A stretch of 64,000 bases of DNA, taken from positions 1,886-65,885 of the forward strand of contig CAMHPQ010000003.1 in assembly GCA_946187035.1 (NCBI GenBank). Direction: 5' to 3'. Both the position numbers and the translations under genes were made by a program. Numbering within the stretch: position 1 is the stretch's first letter; each line of letters opens with the position of its first letter. The notes beneath the pieces were generated by a model. The model worked only from the letters and a program-made list of their open reading frames with translations, had not been told where the DNA came from and did no database searches. The DNA is from an uncultured Clostridia bacterium (GTDB lineage Bacteria; Bacillota; Clostridia; Oscillospirales; Oscillospiraceae). Below, one piece after another: positions 1 through 8,558 of the stretch.

Positions 1-7
1 AAAAAGT

Positions 8-2893
8 ATGGAAAAAAGAAATAAACCGTGCGGTCTCCTTGTCCAAATTGAAAAAGACGCGTTGGGGCGTCGGCACAATCAGGCCGATTATATGATAGGC
101 TATTTTGATCGTCTTTCGATCCAGCCGATCCAAACTTGGCTGCAATTTATGCCGAGCGCAATTACTCCGAACTACAGCAAAGTGGAAGCCCAACCAGTAA
201 GCGTTTATCCAATCAAGCTCCTCTTTCCGAGTCAGGAAATAACTTCGACTTTACTGGGCCTTGGTCTGGATTATGAAAGTTGGGCTTCCGGAGAATATGC
301 TTTCTTTGATCAGTATCCGTGTATTACGGTAGCACTCATTAATTTAACGGATCTTTTCAAGGGTAGCTTTCCAAAGGCTAGCTTAGACGAGCAGCTGATG
401 CGATTTGCAAAGATTGCAGTACAAGCGGATTATTACCGGGATGGTAAAAAGAACCAGTTTTCGTCTGATGATCTTAAAGATGCCCATTTTTGTATTCTGC
501 CGAGCTTAGGATATTCAGACTATTGTCTTCTGTTTGCAGAAAAAGGCTGGAATCTGGCACCGTCCATGTTAGACTATTTGCATCGTGCCTTTGACGCAGA
601 GAATCCTGTTCTTTCAACTGATTATACCATGCCGGTGTATCATGCCGGGCAGAGAGAAAAAGTGGACGAGCCCAACCCTCTGACGGAACATCGTGACAAT
701 CAGATGAGTATGTCGGTTCAGGTTAGCCTACGTCCTGGAGCATCTGTTGAGAAGCTGAAAGCTGACCTCGCAAGTATCGCAGAAGTATATCATATCACTG
801 GATCTGGCGATTGCGTTATTATCCCACATGGTACAGAGCAGTTTGGAGAGGTACTTCGCCTTCTAATGCCGAACCACAAATGTGGAATGGATACTTTGAA
901 AAATATAGCAATGGATACAGAAACACTGCTTCGTTGGCCAGCATGGGTGCCTAGAGAAGATGAGAGTCATCAGATAGACACAACTTGCAATTCGCGGGAT
1001 GAAAAAAAGCCTGGCCGTGTGCGGGAGGAGATTAATAAGCTCAGACATGTTTTAAGCGAATATGAGACTATGCTTTGTACTGCAAATCTCCAAATGCGGA
1101 ATGTGCGATCCATGTATGAGCATCTTGCATCATTGGACAACATATGCAGTGCAGATCACAATGCATCGCTTCAGTCCATTATGGCACAATGGCTGCCCGC
1201 ATACTCTGTATGCCTAGCAAAGTGCGTGGAGGAGTTGAAGTCGTCAGAAGAGAATACCCACAATGTTAAAGTGTGGGATATAGTGGAGAATTCAATTGCC
1301 GTGTTTAATGAGCAGGCAGGAAGCTTTATGGCAGATCTCTCTCGCTCCGATAATTTTTTCATGGAGAGTGAACGCTATAACCATACTTCTGTCAGCTCGG
1401 CAACCTCTCTGATTATTGCATATAATCAATGGCAGAATCAGTTTGCTGAGTCGGTTATGAAACATGCTGGAATCGGGGAAGCAAAGTATGTGTTCTTGGT
1501 CAAAAGTGGCGGTTGCGATAGGACGGATACTATTAAGCCTTTCTGGGCCTTGCAGGCGGAAGAACGAGACGGATATATCTATGAACAAGTTCCGTTCATC
1601 ACGCAGATGTCGGAGATCGGGCTGTTCGACTGTAGTGGCACCATTTTTCGAATGACACATGAGTGTATGCACTTTTGCGGAGATCGCAAACGAGGCCAGC
1701 GGTTAAACTACATGATTCAGTTTGTGGCTCGCTATTATGGTAGAATAATTGCTTGTCTGGTTTACAGAGATGGAGCCGCAAAAAGAATCATTCGTTATTT
1801 ATCAGAAAGCCATGGAATAAGCGATGAAAAATTGTTCGATGAGATAAGACATGCCGACAATGTTTGCGCAAGGGAACTTGAAGAAGATATTTCGGACTAT
1901 ATCGTTAAAAAACTGACGGGAATCTCCGAAGAATTTGACGAAATCTCCTTAATGAGCGTGAAAGTAAACGAATGGCTTTTAGAAGAATTAAGTAAAATAT
2001 TTATAGGCTACACGATCAACTGCTCTGGCAAAATAACTCCTTGTACTTTTGTGCGTCATCTTGTTAAAAAGCAACTGGAAACATTGGTAAAATTCTATGA
2101 TTTGTGCGATAAAATTATTCATGGTTGGCCAAACTTGCAACACATTCGAGCATGCAGAATAGAATCTGAAGAACGTGCATGGAAGGTAGCGAAGCTTCGC
2201 GCAGGATATAAAACGGAAAATATAGACCCATATCTCACGCGTTGGACAGCCTTACTGGTCATGAACTTAAGGGTCCAAATTCCAGCTTACAATCCCCAGT
2301 CCATATTTCAAGCTATAAATCAGGTAAGCATAGAAAACATCGTTCCCGATATCATTATTACCTGTTTCACCGAAACATACGCTGATCTTGAGGCGTGTAT
2401 GCGGCTGGATGCTTCAATTTCAGATTATCTCCTTGGTTTTTTCTTCGAGTGTCAAGATGTTGAAATGGTTCTGCACAAAACTGACGACTTAGCCTTGCGG
2501 GTTGTCTCAGTTTTGAAGGTGCAGTATGGTCATTTTTTGCAGAATGGACGATTGTCGCAACAGGCAGAAGACGAGCTAAAGAGAAGATTAAATAGTTGGA
2601 AAGCGCATGGGTTCTCTGTAAACGATGAATTGTTGGCTGCAATTGTTGGGAGAATTAATTTCTATATCCAAGAATATGAAGAATTTGGGGAGACCGTGAA
2701 ACCCTTGGAGATTTATTTGGAGATTTGTAAAGCTGATTATATGAACAACTATGAAGATCAGCGGGAAATGCAGCAATATCAGACTGCATTCCGTAACATT
2801 CGTCTTGTGGAAGATCGAACAGATGCAGATGCAGTTGGAAAAATGATTACGGCATTAATGGGGATCGGGGGAGGCACACGAGGCGATGCTTGA
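8..2893 (+). CDS. Uncharacterised 961-aa protein with an HExxH motif (H551-E-C-M-H555); upstream partner of the SIR2-like gene
   Basis: Uninterrupted 2886-nt ORF. There is no in-frame stop between the window edge and the ATG at 8, so the true start may lie upstream. HECMH is encoded at nt 1658-1672. No Walker A motif was seen. The stop overlaps the next start by 8 nt. Confidence 0.7.
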   Translation: MEKRNKPCGLLVQIEKDALGRRHNQADYMIGYFDRLSIQPIQTWLQFMPSAITPNYSKVEAQPVSVYPIKLLFPSQEITSTLLGLGLDYESWASGEYAFFDQYPCITVALINLTDLFKGSFPKASLDEQLMRFAKIAVQADYYRDGKKNQFSSDDLKDAHFCILPSLGYSDYCLLFAEKGWNLAPSMLDYLHRAFDAENPVLSTDYTMPVYHAGQREKVDEPNPLTEHRDNQMSMSVQVSLRPGASVEKLKADLASIAEVYHITGSGDCVIIPHGTEQFGEVLRLLMPNHKCGMDTLKNIAMDTETLLRWPAWVPREDESHQIDTTCNSRDEKKPGRVREEINKLRHVLSEYETMLCTANLQMRNVRSMYEHLASLDNICSADHNASLQSIMAQWLPAYSVCLAKCVEELKSSEENTHNVKVWDIVENSIAVFNEQAGSFMADLSRSDNFFMESERYNHTSVSSATSLIIAYNQWQNQFAESVMKHAGIGEAKYVFLVKSGGCDRTDTIKPFWALQAEERDGYIYEQVPFITQMSEIGLFDCSGTIFRMTHECMHFCGDRKRGQRLNYMIQFVARYYGRIIACLVYRDGAAKRIIRYLSESHGISDEKLFDEIRHADNVCARELEEDISDYIVKKLTGISEEFDEISLMSVKVNEWLLEELSKIFIGYTINCSGKITPCTFVRHLVKKQLETLVKFYDLCDKIIHGWPNLQHIRACRIESEERAWKVAKLRAGYKTENIDPYLTRWTALLVMNLRVQIPAYNPQSIFQAINQVSIENIVPDIIITCFTETYADLEACMRLDASISDYLLGFFFECQDVEMVLHKTDDLALRVVSVLKVQYGHFLQNGRLSQQAEDELKRRLNSWKAHGFSVNDELLAAIVGRINFYIQEYEEFGETVKPLEIYLEICKADYMNNYEDQREMQQYQTAFRNIRLVEDRTDADAVGKMITALMGIGGGTRGDA

Positions 2894-4067
2894 CACAAGA
2901 GATTTAGGACAAGAGGAAATCTTAAATCAATTGAAAGATACCTTTTTAGAGCAGCTCAATGCGGATTCTGCCCAAGAAAGCATTATTGAAATGGCTCGTG
3001 AGGCAGTTAAGAAAAATCACGTGACACTAGTTCTTGGAGCAGGCAGCAGTGCTTCAGCGAATATTCCTGGCTGGGAGAAGTTGCTATCTCAAATTCTGGG
3101 CTATGCAATGCAATATAATGCACTGGCGCGTCAACAGAGAAACGAACCAGAGCCCCTCCGAGAAGCGCGGCTAGAACAGGCACTGATCCTGAAAAAGTTG
3201 AAGATATCCATGGTCGGCAACAATCTGGAAGCAGGCCAGTATTTGAAACAGTTATTGGATTTCTCGGATCCAAAGTTTGCAGAGGAACGTATTAAAACGA
3301 TCATTGCCTATATCATTGGAGACGCTGAAACGCCTGAGCAGTTTTTGAGAAGAAAAGTTTCAGAGATAAACAAAGAGGAGCCTAATGAGGAATGGCTTCG
3401 CAGAGTTGCTGAAACCGAAACGCTTCCGGCAGTCGTATATTTGCTGAAAAAGACGCGCCGCGCAATTACATACGATTATCATACTCTAGTTCAGGACTAT
3501 CTGATCAACGTCTTTGGTGTAAACGAATCGGAAATCGTTACACATCCTGGGCAGTGGAATGAATACGACGAACCAGATAAAATTCAAATTTTCCATGTTC
3601 ACGGGTTTATTCCTGACAGAGGAAAAGCAGAGTCGCCGGCATATCCGCAGAAGTCAGAGAAGCTGATCTTGACGGAAGACAGCTACAAAACAATGGCGCA
3701 GATAGAGGAGTATAACTGGGCGAACAGCATTCAATCTTATTATCTCAATCGGGATAACTGCATCTTTATTGGATTTTCAGGCGATGACTATAATTTCCGG
3801 AGATTGATTTGTCAGCTCGGGCGCACTTCTAATCGACCGGAACACTATTTGTTTTTTGTGGTGGACGATTTGATTGAGAGTACGTTTCAATCAGTTAGGA
3901 CTTATAGAGAGCAGTTGGACAACGACCAAGAAGAAATCAAAAAAGACACCTTGTGTATACTGAATAACATCTTGGACAGAAAGCTTAAATATTGGAAAAG
4001 ATATAATATTATCCCGATCTGGACAACACGTAATCAGATCCCTTTGCAACTAGTAAGCCTTGTGTGA
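2886..4067 (+). CDS. SIR2-like (SIR2_2 / ThsA-DSR type) protein, putative NAD+-consuming effector
   Basis: The blocks VLGAGSSASANIPGWEKLL, AITYDYHTLV, IFHVHG, LILTEDSY and FIGFSGDDYNFRRL occur in the order expected for the SIR2_2 family. ATG 2886 overlaps the upstream stop (ATGCTTGA). Confidence 0.8.
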   Translation: MLDTRDLGQEEILNQLKDTFLEQLNADSAQESIIEMAREAVKKNHVTLVLGAGSSASANIPGWEKLLSQILGYAMQYNALARQQRNEPEPLREARLEQALILKKLKISMVGNNLEAGQYLKQLLDFSDPKFAEERIKTIIAYIIGDAETPEQFLRRKVSEINKEEPNEEWLRRVAETETLPAVVYLLKKTRRAITYDYHTLVQDYLINVFGVNESEIVTHPGQWNEYDEPDKIQIFHVHGFIPDRGKAESPAYPQKSEKLILTEDSYKTMAQIEEYNWANSIQSYYLNRDNCIFIGFSGDDYNFRRLICQLGRTSNRPEHYLFFVVDDLIESTFQSVRTYREQLDNDQEEIKKDTLCILNNILDRKLKYWKRYNIIPIWTTRNQIPLQLVSLV

Positions 4068-4434
4068 AAACCTTTTCCTGTAACTCAAAACTGATAAAGG
4101 ACTCCTTGTTTGTAATGGGATCTGATTCATGACTGAATTCCATAGCCGAAAGAGACAATCGCTCGTTCTGTGAGCGATTCACAAAAAATGGACATCCCGC
4201 ATCGAGTGAGATGTCCTATGATGAACACACTAATAAAGCTATCGCTTGATGGAACTTGCAACTTGGCTAACATTCTGCTAATACGAGCCCCAAAAATGGC
4301 ACCTCTAACTGGTATATTAGCACGATACTGCCCAGCACTCCGTAACATGTTGTTCTTTAAGAAAACGTTGATTCATGCGGGCTTGCGGGCATTTTAAGGC
4401 ATCGCGTACTACGCGGTACGAAGCGTAAGCGAAA

Positions 4435-4480
4435 ACTCCTAAGCGATAGGTCAGAGGTTCGAGTCCTCCCATGGGTGCCA
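4435..4480 (+). other. tRNA-Arg(CCU)-like 3' half remnant (anticodon loop to CCA), att-type scar, copy 1
   Basis: The sequence ACTCCTAA-GCGAT-AGGTC-AGAGG-TTCGAGT-CCTCC-CATGGGT-G-CCA fits anticodon loop, 3' anticodon stem, variable loop, T arm, 3' acceptor and CCA. No complementary 5' anticodon stem or 5' acceptor is present upstream. Confidence 0.6.
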
Positions 4481-4481
4481 T

Positions 4482-4525
4482 ACAGCGTTGAAAATCAACG
4501 ATTTTCAGCGCTGTATTCTTTTTTG
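4482..4525 (+). terminator. Rho-independent terminator following tRNA-half copy 1
   Basis: The arms ACAGCGTTGAAAAT and ATTTTCAGCGCTGT form a hairpin (one G-U pair), followed by ATTCTTTTTT. Confidence 0.7.
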
Positions 4526-4581
4526 CCTTTCATATTGATAAGAGCCGATTTTCTGAGCTGTAACTGGTTTTGAACTCCAAT

Positions 4582-4685
4582 CTGCCACCGTTTTTCTGCT
4601 AATAAAAATTAGCTGGAACAGCTTAATTATGGGTCGTTCCAGCTAATTCTATTTTTTGGAAACCAGCTAATTTTAAAGGTGGCAG
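4582..4685. repeat. Cluster of short repeated motifs (CTGCCACCG, CTGCTAAT, 3x CCAGCTAAT/ATTAGCTGG, 12-bp inverted repeat)
   Basis: CTGCCACCG 4582-4590. CTGCTAAT 4596-4603. ATTAGCTGGAAC 4608-4619 is inverted against GTTCCAGCTAAT 4636-4647. CCAGCTAAT occurs again at 4663-4671. GGTGGCAG 4678-4685 is inverted against 4582-4589. Confidence 0.6.
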
Positions 4686-4823
4686 GTCTAAATATTTTGT
4701 TTTCCAAAACGTTTTTCTTTCATGCCCAATCTCCTGAGTGACAAGCAAATACATCACAATAAGCCCGAAGAATCTGCCGAATTGACAGACCCTTCGGGTT
4801 ATCTATGAGGGATTTATTCTTTC

Positions 4824-7124
4824 TCAGGTAATCGCCTCCACACGGCAGGGCGTGTAGCGCCAGCGGGAGTTGCCGGTCATCTCGTCGATGTCGCGGTTGT
4901 CGGTGAGGAAGTTCGCATGCTTTCCGCACATTTTCCCCTGATAGTAGTAGCCGAAATGGTGCGGCATGAGGCAGTAGCCGCGAGAGGCTCTTCTGGAATA
5001 CTCCACCGGGATCTCAATCGAGCCGCGGTTCGTGGAGAGCTTGATGATCTCGCCGTCGGCAAAGCCGAATTTCGCCGCGTCGTCCGGATGCATGAGCAGC
5101 GTATAGACCTTGCGGTACTGGTTCACCCCGGGATTGCGCATGGCGTTGTCCATGCCGCCCTCAAAGCGGTATCCGGAGGACAGGATCATGTTGTTGCCGT
5201 CCTTGAGCGTCAGCGCCTCGCGCTCCTGCTCGGGAGAGATGTACTTGTTCAGGTAGTCCTCGATTTCCTGGCACCACATGTGCATCTTTTTGTCCTTGTG
5301 CGTGATGTGCTTTTCCATCATGTGATCTTCGTCCGCCATGGCGATGATCGCGCCTTCGGGATGTGTGTCGAGCAGCTCGAAGGCAGCATCCATGACACAC
5401 ATATCCTTGAACACAGGAATCTTGGAGAGAATCGGATGCTTTTTTGTATCAGGCTTCACAGTCATGATGGCACGCTTATTGAGCGTGCTCGTCATCAGCA
5501 CTGCCCAGTTCGTCGCGCGTCCCGCACTGCCCATGGCTTTGCCCAACGTGAGGATGATGATGCTGGCAGCCTGATCCATGTACTTTCCGCCGGTCTTCAT
5601 GATCCAGGCAACAACCTTGAAGTAGTATTTCAGCCGATCGCCGGTGCGCACAGCTTCCTCTGCCGCGTCGTACAGGCTCTTGGGAAGTTCGGGCAGATAG
5701 CCCATGGCCTGCGTGAGTTCTGCGAAGACCATGGAGTCCTCCTTCGCCTCACCTACCGGATTGACCACGCGCTTGCGGCTGACAAACACGACCTCCGGAT
5801 AGTTCAGTGAAAAGAGGCTCACATCGCCGTTAGCCTCATAGGCGCTCATGGTGGGGAGAATATAATCGGCGTGCCGCGTTGTCTCAGTCATAACGCAATC
5901 CATGGCCACAAAAAGATCCAGCTTATCGAGTGCCTCCTCCATACGCTGCGAATCCGGATAGCTGCGCGCAGGGTTTGTCAGCGTAGAGAAAACGACACGG
6001 AAGCGATCCTCATTGTCGCCGAGCACTTCATCCGGGAACGCGCCCTCAGGATAGGTGCTGAGCACGGGAAACCAGTTCGTCACAGTGGTGCGCATGGTTT
6101 TGGGGTCGCGCTCGTCCGAGTTTGGAAGTTCCAGCACGCGCTCGGGCATCACGCATCCGCCCTTGACCAGCGCCACGCCGCAGACGATCATCAGGATCAG
6201 GCAGAGATAGCTGTTGAGCGTTGCATGGCGTCCGAAATAGATACCGAGATCCTGATGCATACCCCACTTCTTCGTTGTGAGCACGCGGGCAAGCTCCTCG
6301 ACCTGCTTGCGTGAAAGGCCGCAGACATCCAGCGCGCCGTCGATATCGAAATTGATAAACCAGCTGCGCGTCTGCGCCCAACCGGTGGTATGCGCCGCGA
6401 TATAATCCTTGTGCTCCCAGCCCTTTTCGATGATGATCGCAATCAGGGCGCGCAGCAGCAGTGCATCCGAGCCGTTGCGGGGCCGGATGTGCATATCCGC
6501 CATGCGGGCGGTCTCCGACACGCGCGGATCGATGACGATGACCATCTTGTTGGGGTCCTGTGAAAAGCCGCGGCAGATGCGCTTGGCGTTCGGGAACTGG
6601 TGGGACACATAGGAGTTGGAGCCCCAGTAGACCACGGCCTCGTTGTTTCGGTCATCCGGCTCCGTATAGTGTCCCTGATCGCCGAAAATGCGTCCGTGAC
6701 TCCACCAGCAGCCGCCGAACTCCACGCCGATGGGGTTGAAATTAAAGGGACTGCCGACTGCGGCCATCATGCCAAGCATTGCGGCGCCTGGGGTGGAAAG
6801 CGAATACGTGCCGCCGCCGAGGGTGGCAAAACTGCGCGGACCGTATTTGTCCACAATGGCGCGAGCCTTTTCGCCAATCTCCTTGTAGGCCTGCTCCCAG
6901 CTGATACGCTCAAAGTGGTCTCCGACCTTCTTCAGCGGGTACTCCAGGCGATCACGGTTTTCTACGAAATACTTCGCACTGCGGCCCTTACGGCAGCAGT
7001 AGCCAAAGCTGCGCGGGCTCGACGGATCGGGACGGACGTTGATGATCTTGTTGTCCTCGACCTCCATCTCAAGGCCGCAGGTAACGGCGCAGAGGTTGCA
7101 CCATGTCTTTTTCCATTCGCTCAT
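4824..7124 (-). CDS. Molybdopterin (Mo/W-bisPGD) oxidoreductase catalytic subunit, formate-dehydrogenase-like
   Basis: N-terminal CNLCAVTCG 4Fe-4S motif. Contains IVIDPRVSETARMADMHIRPRNGSDALLL. The C-terminal MGD-binding beta-barrel is LLMHPDDAAKFGFADGEIIKLSTNRGSIEIPV. AAGGAGG RBS before ATG 7124. No in-frame TGA. Confidence 0.85.
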   Translation of the reverse strand: MSEWKKTWCNLCAVTCGLEMEVEDNKIINVRPDPSSPRSFGYCCRKGRSAKYFVENRDRLEYPLKKVGDHFERISWEQAYKEIGEKARAIVDKYGPRSFATLGGGTYSLSTPGAAMLGMMAAVGSPFNFNPIGVEFGGCWWSHGRIFGDQGHYTEPDDRNNEAVVYWGSNSYVSHQFPNAKRICRGFSQDPNKMVIVIDPRVSETARMADMHIRPRNGSDALLLRALIAIIIEKGWEHKDYIAAHTTGWAQTRSWFINFDIDGALDVCGLSRKQVEELARVLTTKKWGMHQDLGIYFGRHATLNSYLCLILMIVCGVALVKGGCVMPERVLELPNSDERDPKTMRTTVTNWFPVLSTYPEGAFPDEVLGDNEDRFRVVFSTLTNPARSYPDSQRMEEALDKLDLFVAMDCVMTETTRHADYILPTMSAYEANGDVSLFSLNYPEVVFVSRKRVVNPVGEAKEDSMVFAELTQAMGYLPELPKSLYDAAEEAVRTGDRLKYYFKVVAWIMKTGGKYMDQAASIIILTLGKAMGSAGRATNWAVLMTSTLNKRAIMTVKPDTKKHPILSKIPVFKDMCVMDAAFELLDTHPEGAIIAMADEDHMMEKHITHKDKKMHMWCQEIEDYLNKYISPEQEREALTLKDGNNMILSSGYRFEGGMDNAMRNPGVNQYRKVYTLLMHPDDAAKFGFADGEIIKLSTNRGSIEIPVEYSRRASRGYCLMPHHFGYYYQGKMCGKHANFLTDNRDIDEMTGNSRWRYTPCRVEAIT

Positions 7125-7137
7125 GTGTGTGCCCTCC

Positions 7138-8556
7138 TTATGCGATCACGCGGACAATGTCTGCGTCCAGAACTTGTTTCAGCTGCGCGGGATTATGGCA
7201 GACAGCGCAGCGATACGTCTTTCGACCGGCCTTGATCTCAAAGGTCTCAGCCTCGCTGTCCATGTTCCACGCGGCGTCCTCAAGGAGCTTGCCGTATTTG
7301 CCGGTGGACGCCTCATGTGGCAGGGGCTCCGGCACGAGGGTGCGACCCTCGTGCGGCTCTGTGCCGGTGCGGATCATGATGCGGTAGAGCTCGCGGGCAT
7401 TGATGGCAAAGTCCGCGCAGCCGGTCTCATAGACCTCGCTCGCCTCGGGGCCGATCGCGCCGAAGACGGCGGTTTTGTCCGCGCCGAGGGTCTCTTTTGC
7501 ATATGCGCCGAAGATGCTCGCAGTGGACGGTGCGAACACAAATCGTTCGGCGTAGTCAGCATAGTCGCGTTCCAGCAGCTTCTTCGCAGCGAGCGTGTCG
7601 GCAAAGATCGCGGGGCCTTTTTTCAGCCGCTTGTCGAGCAGCTTTTCTGCCTCTGCGCGGGCGGCGTCTTTCGCGTCCTCCGCGCTCACAACGGCCTTGA
7701 AACCAAGCTTCTTGAGACCGCCCGCGATCTGCTCGATCGTGATAGGCGCATGCTCGCGCTTCCAGACGTGATCGATCTCGGGAATCAGCGCCGCGTCCGC
7801 CATGGCAACGGTTTTGGTCTCGTATTCGTGCGTATACTCCAACATCTCGTCCTTGTGCTCTTTGACGAAGATCGCACCTGTCGGGCAGACCTCGACGCAG
7901 CGGGCGCAGCCGATGCACAGGCTCTCCGCCATGGGCTTAGAGAAGGCGGGGCCGATTTTCACGGCACTGCCTCTGCCGGAGGCTGCAAGATTGTGCACGG
8001 TCTGCACGTTGGCACAGACGTCTACACAGCGCTTGCACTTAATGCACTTATTGGGGTTGCGGACGATGACGCTGCTGTCGTCCACGGGATAGTGGTTGTG
8101 CTTCTGCTCGAAGGGGAGCTGATCCACCTCATACTCACGGGCGAGGTTCTGCAGATCGCAGAAGCCGTCGCGCTCGCAGTCACAGAAGAAGCACATCTCG
8201 CAGAACCATGGATCAAGATCTGCGCACTTGGAACTTCCGATGCGCAGGCAGTGATGGCAGTCCACGCTGTGGTCAGAGAGCAAAAGCTGCAGCGTGAGCT
8301 TGCGGGACTTGCGCACGGCCTCAGTGTTCGTATGGACCACCATGCCCTCTCGCACCTTCGCGGCGCAGGCGTGCTGGAAGGTTCTTGCACCCTCCACCTC
8401 GACGACGCACATGCGGCAGGAAGCGTGGGGATCGAGCTTCTCGAGGAAGCACAGAGTCGGGATATAGATATCGTTGGCTTTTGCGGCGGCGAGGATGGTG
8501 GTTCCGGCGGGAACGGTAATTGCCTTGCCGTCAATGGTCAGATTCACGTTTGCCAT
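7138..8556 (-). CDS. Iron-sulfur protein with NuoG/HydA-type N-terminus (2Fe-2S + 4Fe-4S clusters) and an H-cluster-less hydrogenase-like C-terminus (HylA-like)
   Basis: Motifs present: LTIDGKAITVPAGTTIL, CRMCVVEV, DCHHC, CIKCKRCVDVC and CIGCARCVEVCP. The C-terminal half lacks the TSCCP and MPCxxK H-cluster motifs. ATG 8556 lies 7 nt after AAGGAGG; the GTG at 8562 is rejected as a start. Confidence 0.8.
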   Translation of the reverse strand: MANVNLTIDGKAITVPAGTTILAAAKANDIYIPTLCFLEKLDPHASCRMCVVEVEGARTFQHACAAKVREGMVVHTNTEAVRKSRKLTLQLLLSDHSVDCHHCLRIGSSKCADLDPWFCEMCFFCDCERDGFCDLQNLAREYEVDQLPFEQKHNHYPVDDSSVIVRNPNKCIKCKRCVDVCANVQTVHNLAASGRGSAVKIGPAFSKPMAESLCIGCARCVEVCPTGAIFVKEHKDEMLEYTHEYETKTVAMADAALIPEIDHVWKREHAPITIEQIAGGLKKLGFKAVVSAEDAKDAARAEAEKLLDKRLKKGPAIFADTLAAKKLLERDYADYAERFVFAPSTASIFGAYAKETLGADKTAVFGAIGPEASEVYETGCADFAINARELYRIMIRTGTEPHEGRTLVPEPLPHEASTGKYGKLLEDAAWNMDSEAETFEIKAGRKTYRCAVCHNPAQLKQVLDADIVRVIA

Positions 8557-8558
8557 AC

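Larger units (their letters stand above)
1..4480. mobile_element. Right-hand portion of an AT-rich accessory island (cargo: HExxH protein + SIR2-like gene) ending at a tRNA-half scar
   Basis: Composition shift: hand count gives 22/60 G+C at nt 1-60 versus 36/60 at 5041-5100. The segment ends at a 46-nt tRNA-Arg-like 3' half (4435-4480). The left end lies outside the window. No integrase is visible. Confidence 0.5.

Noticed and set aside
4127-4397. Small overlapping ORFs between the SIR2 gene and tRNA scar 1, considered as a decayed tyrosine integrase C-terminus (IIGHLTRCGMSIF resembles LGHxxxxxTxxY)
   Set aside because: The spacing from the only LR-like motif to GH is too long, the would-be catalytic Tyr is Phe, there is no RBS, and the match rests on about 3 residues. 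It cannot be supported without a profile search.
4688-4723. 11-codon mini-ORF (MKEKRFGKQNI) with an AGGAG RBS on the minus strand, downstream of the molybdoenzyme gene
   Set aside because: It is too short to evaluate, shows no codon enrichment and has no associated terminator or regulatory logic. It is likely fortuitous.
4824-7124. Selenocysteine (in-frame TGA plus SECIS) in the formate-dehydrogenase-like gene
   Set aside because: The ORF is continuous with no internal TGA. The position aligned to Sec in FdhF reads Ser by hand alignment.
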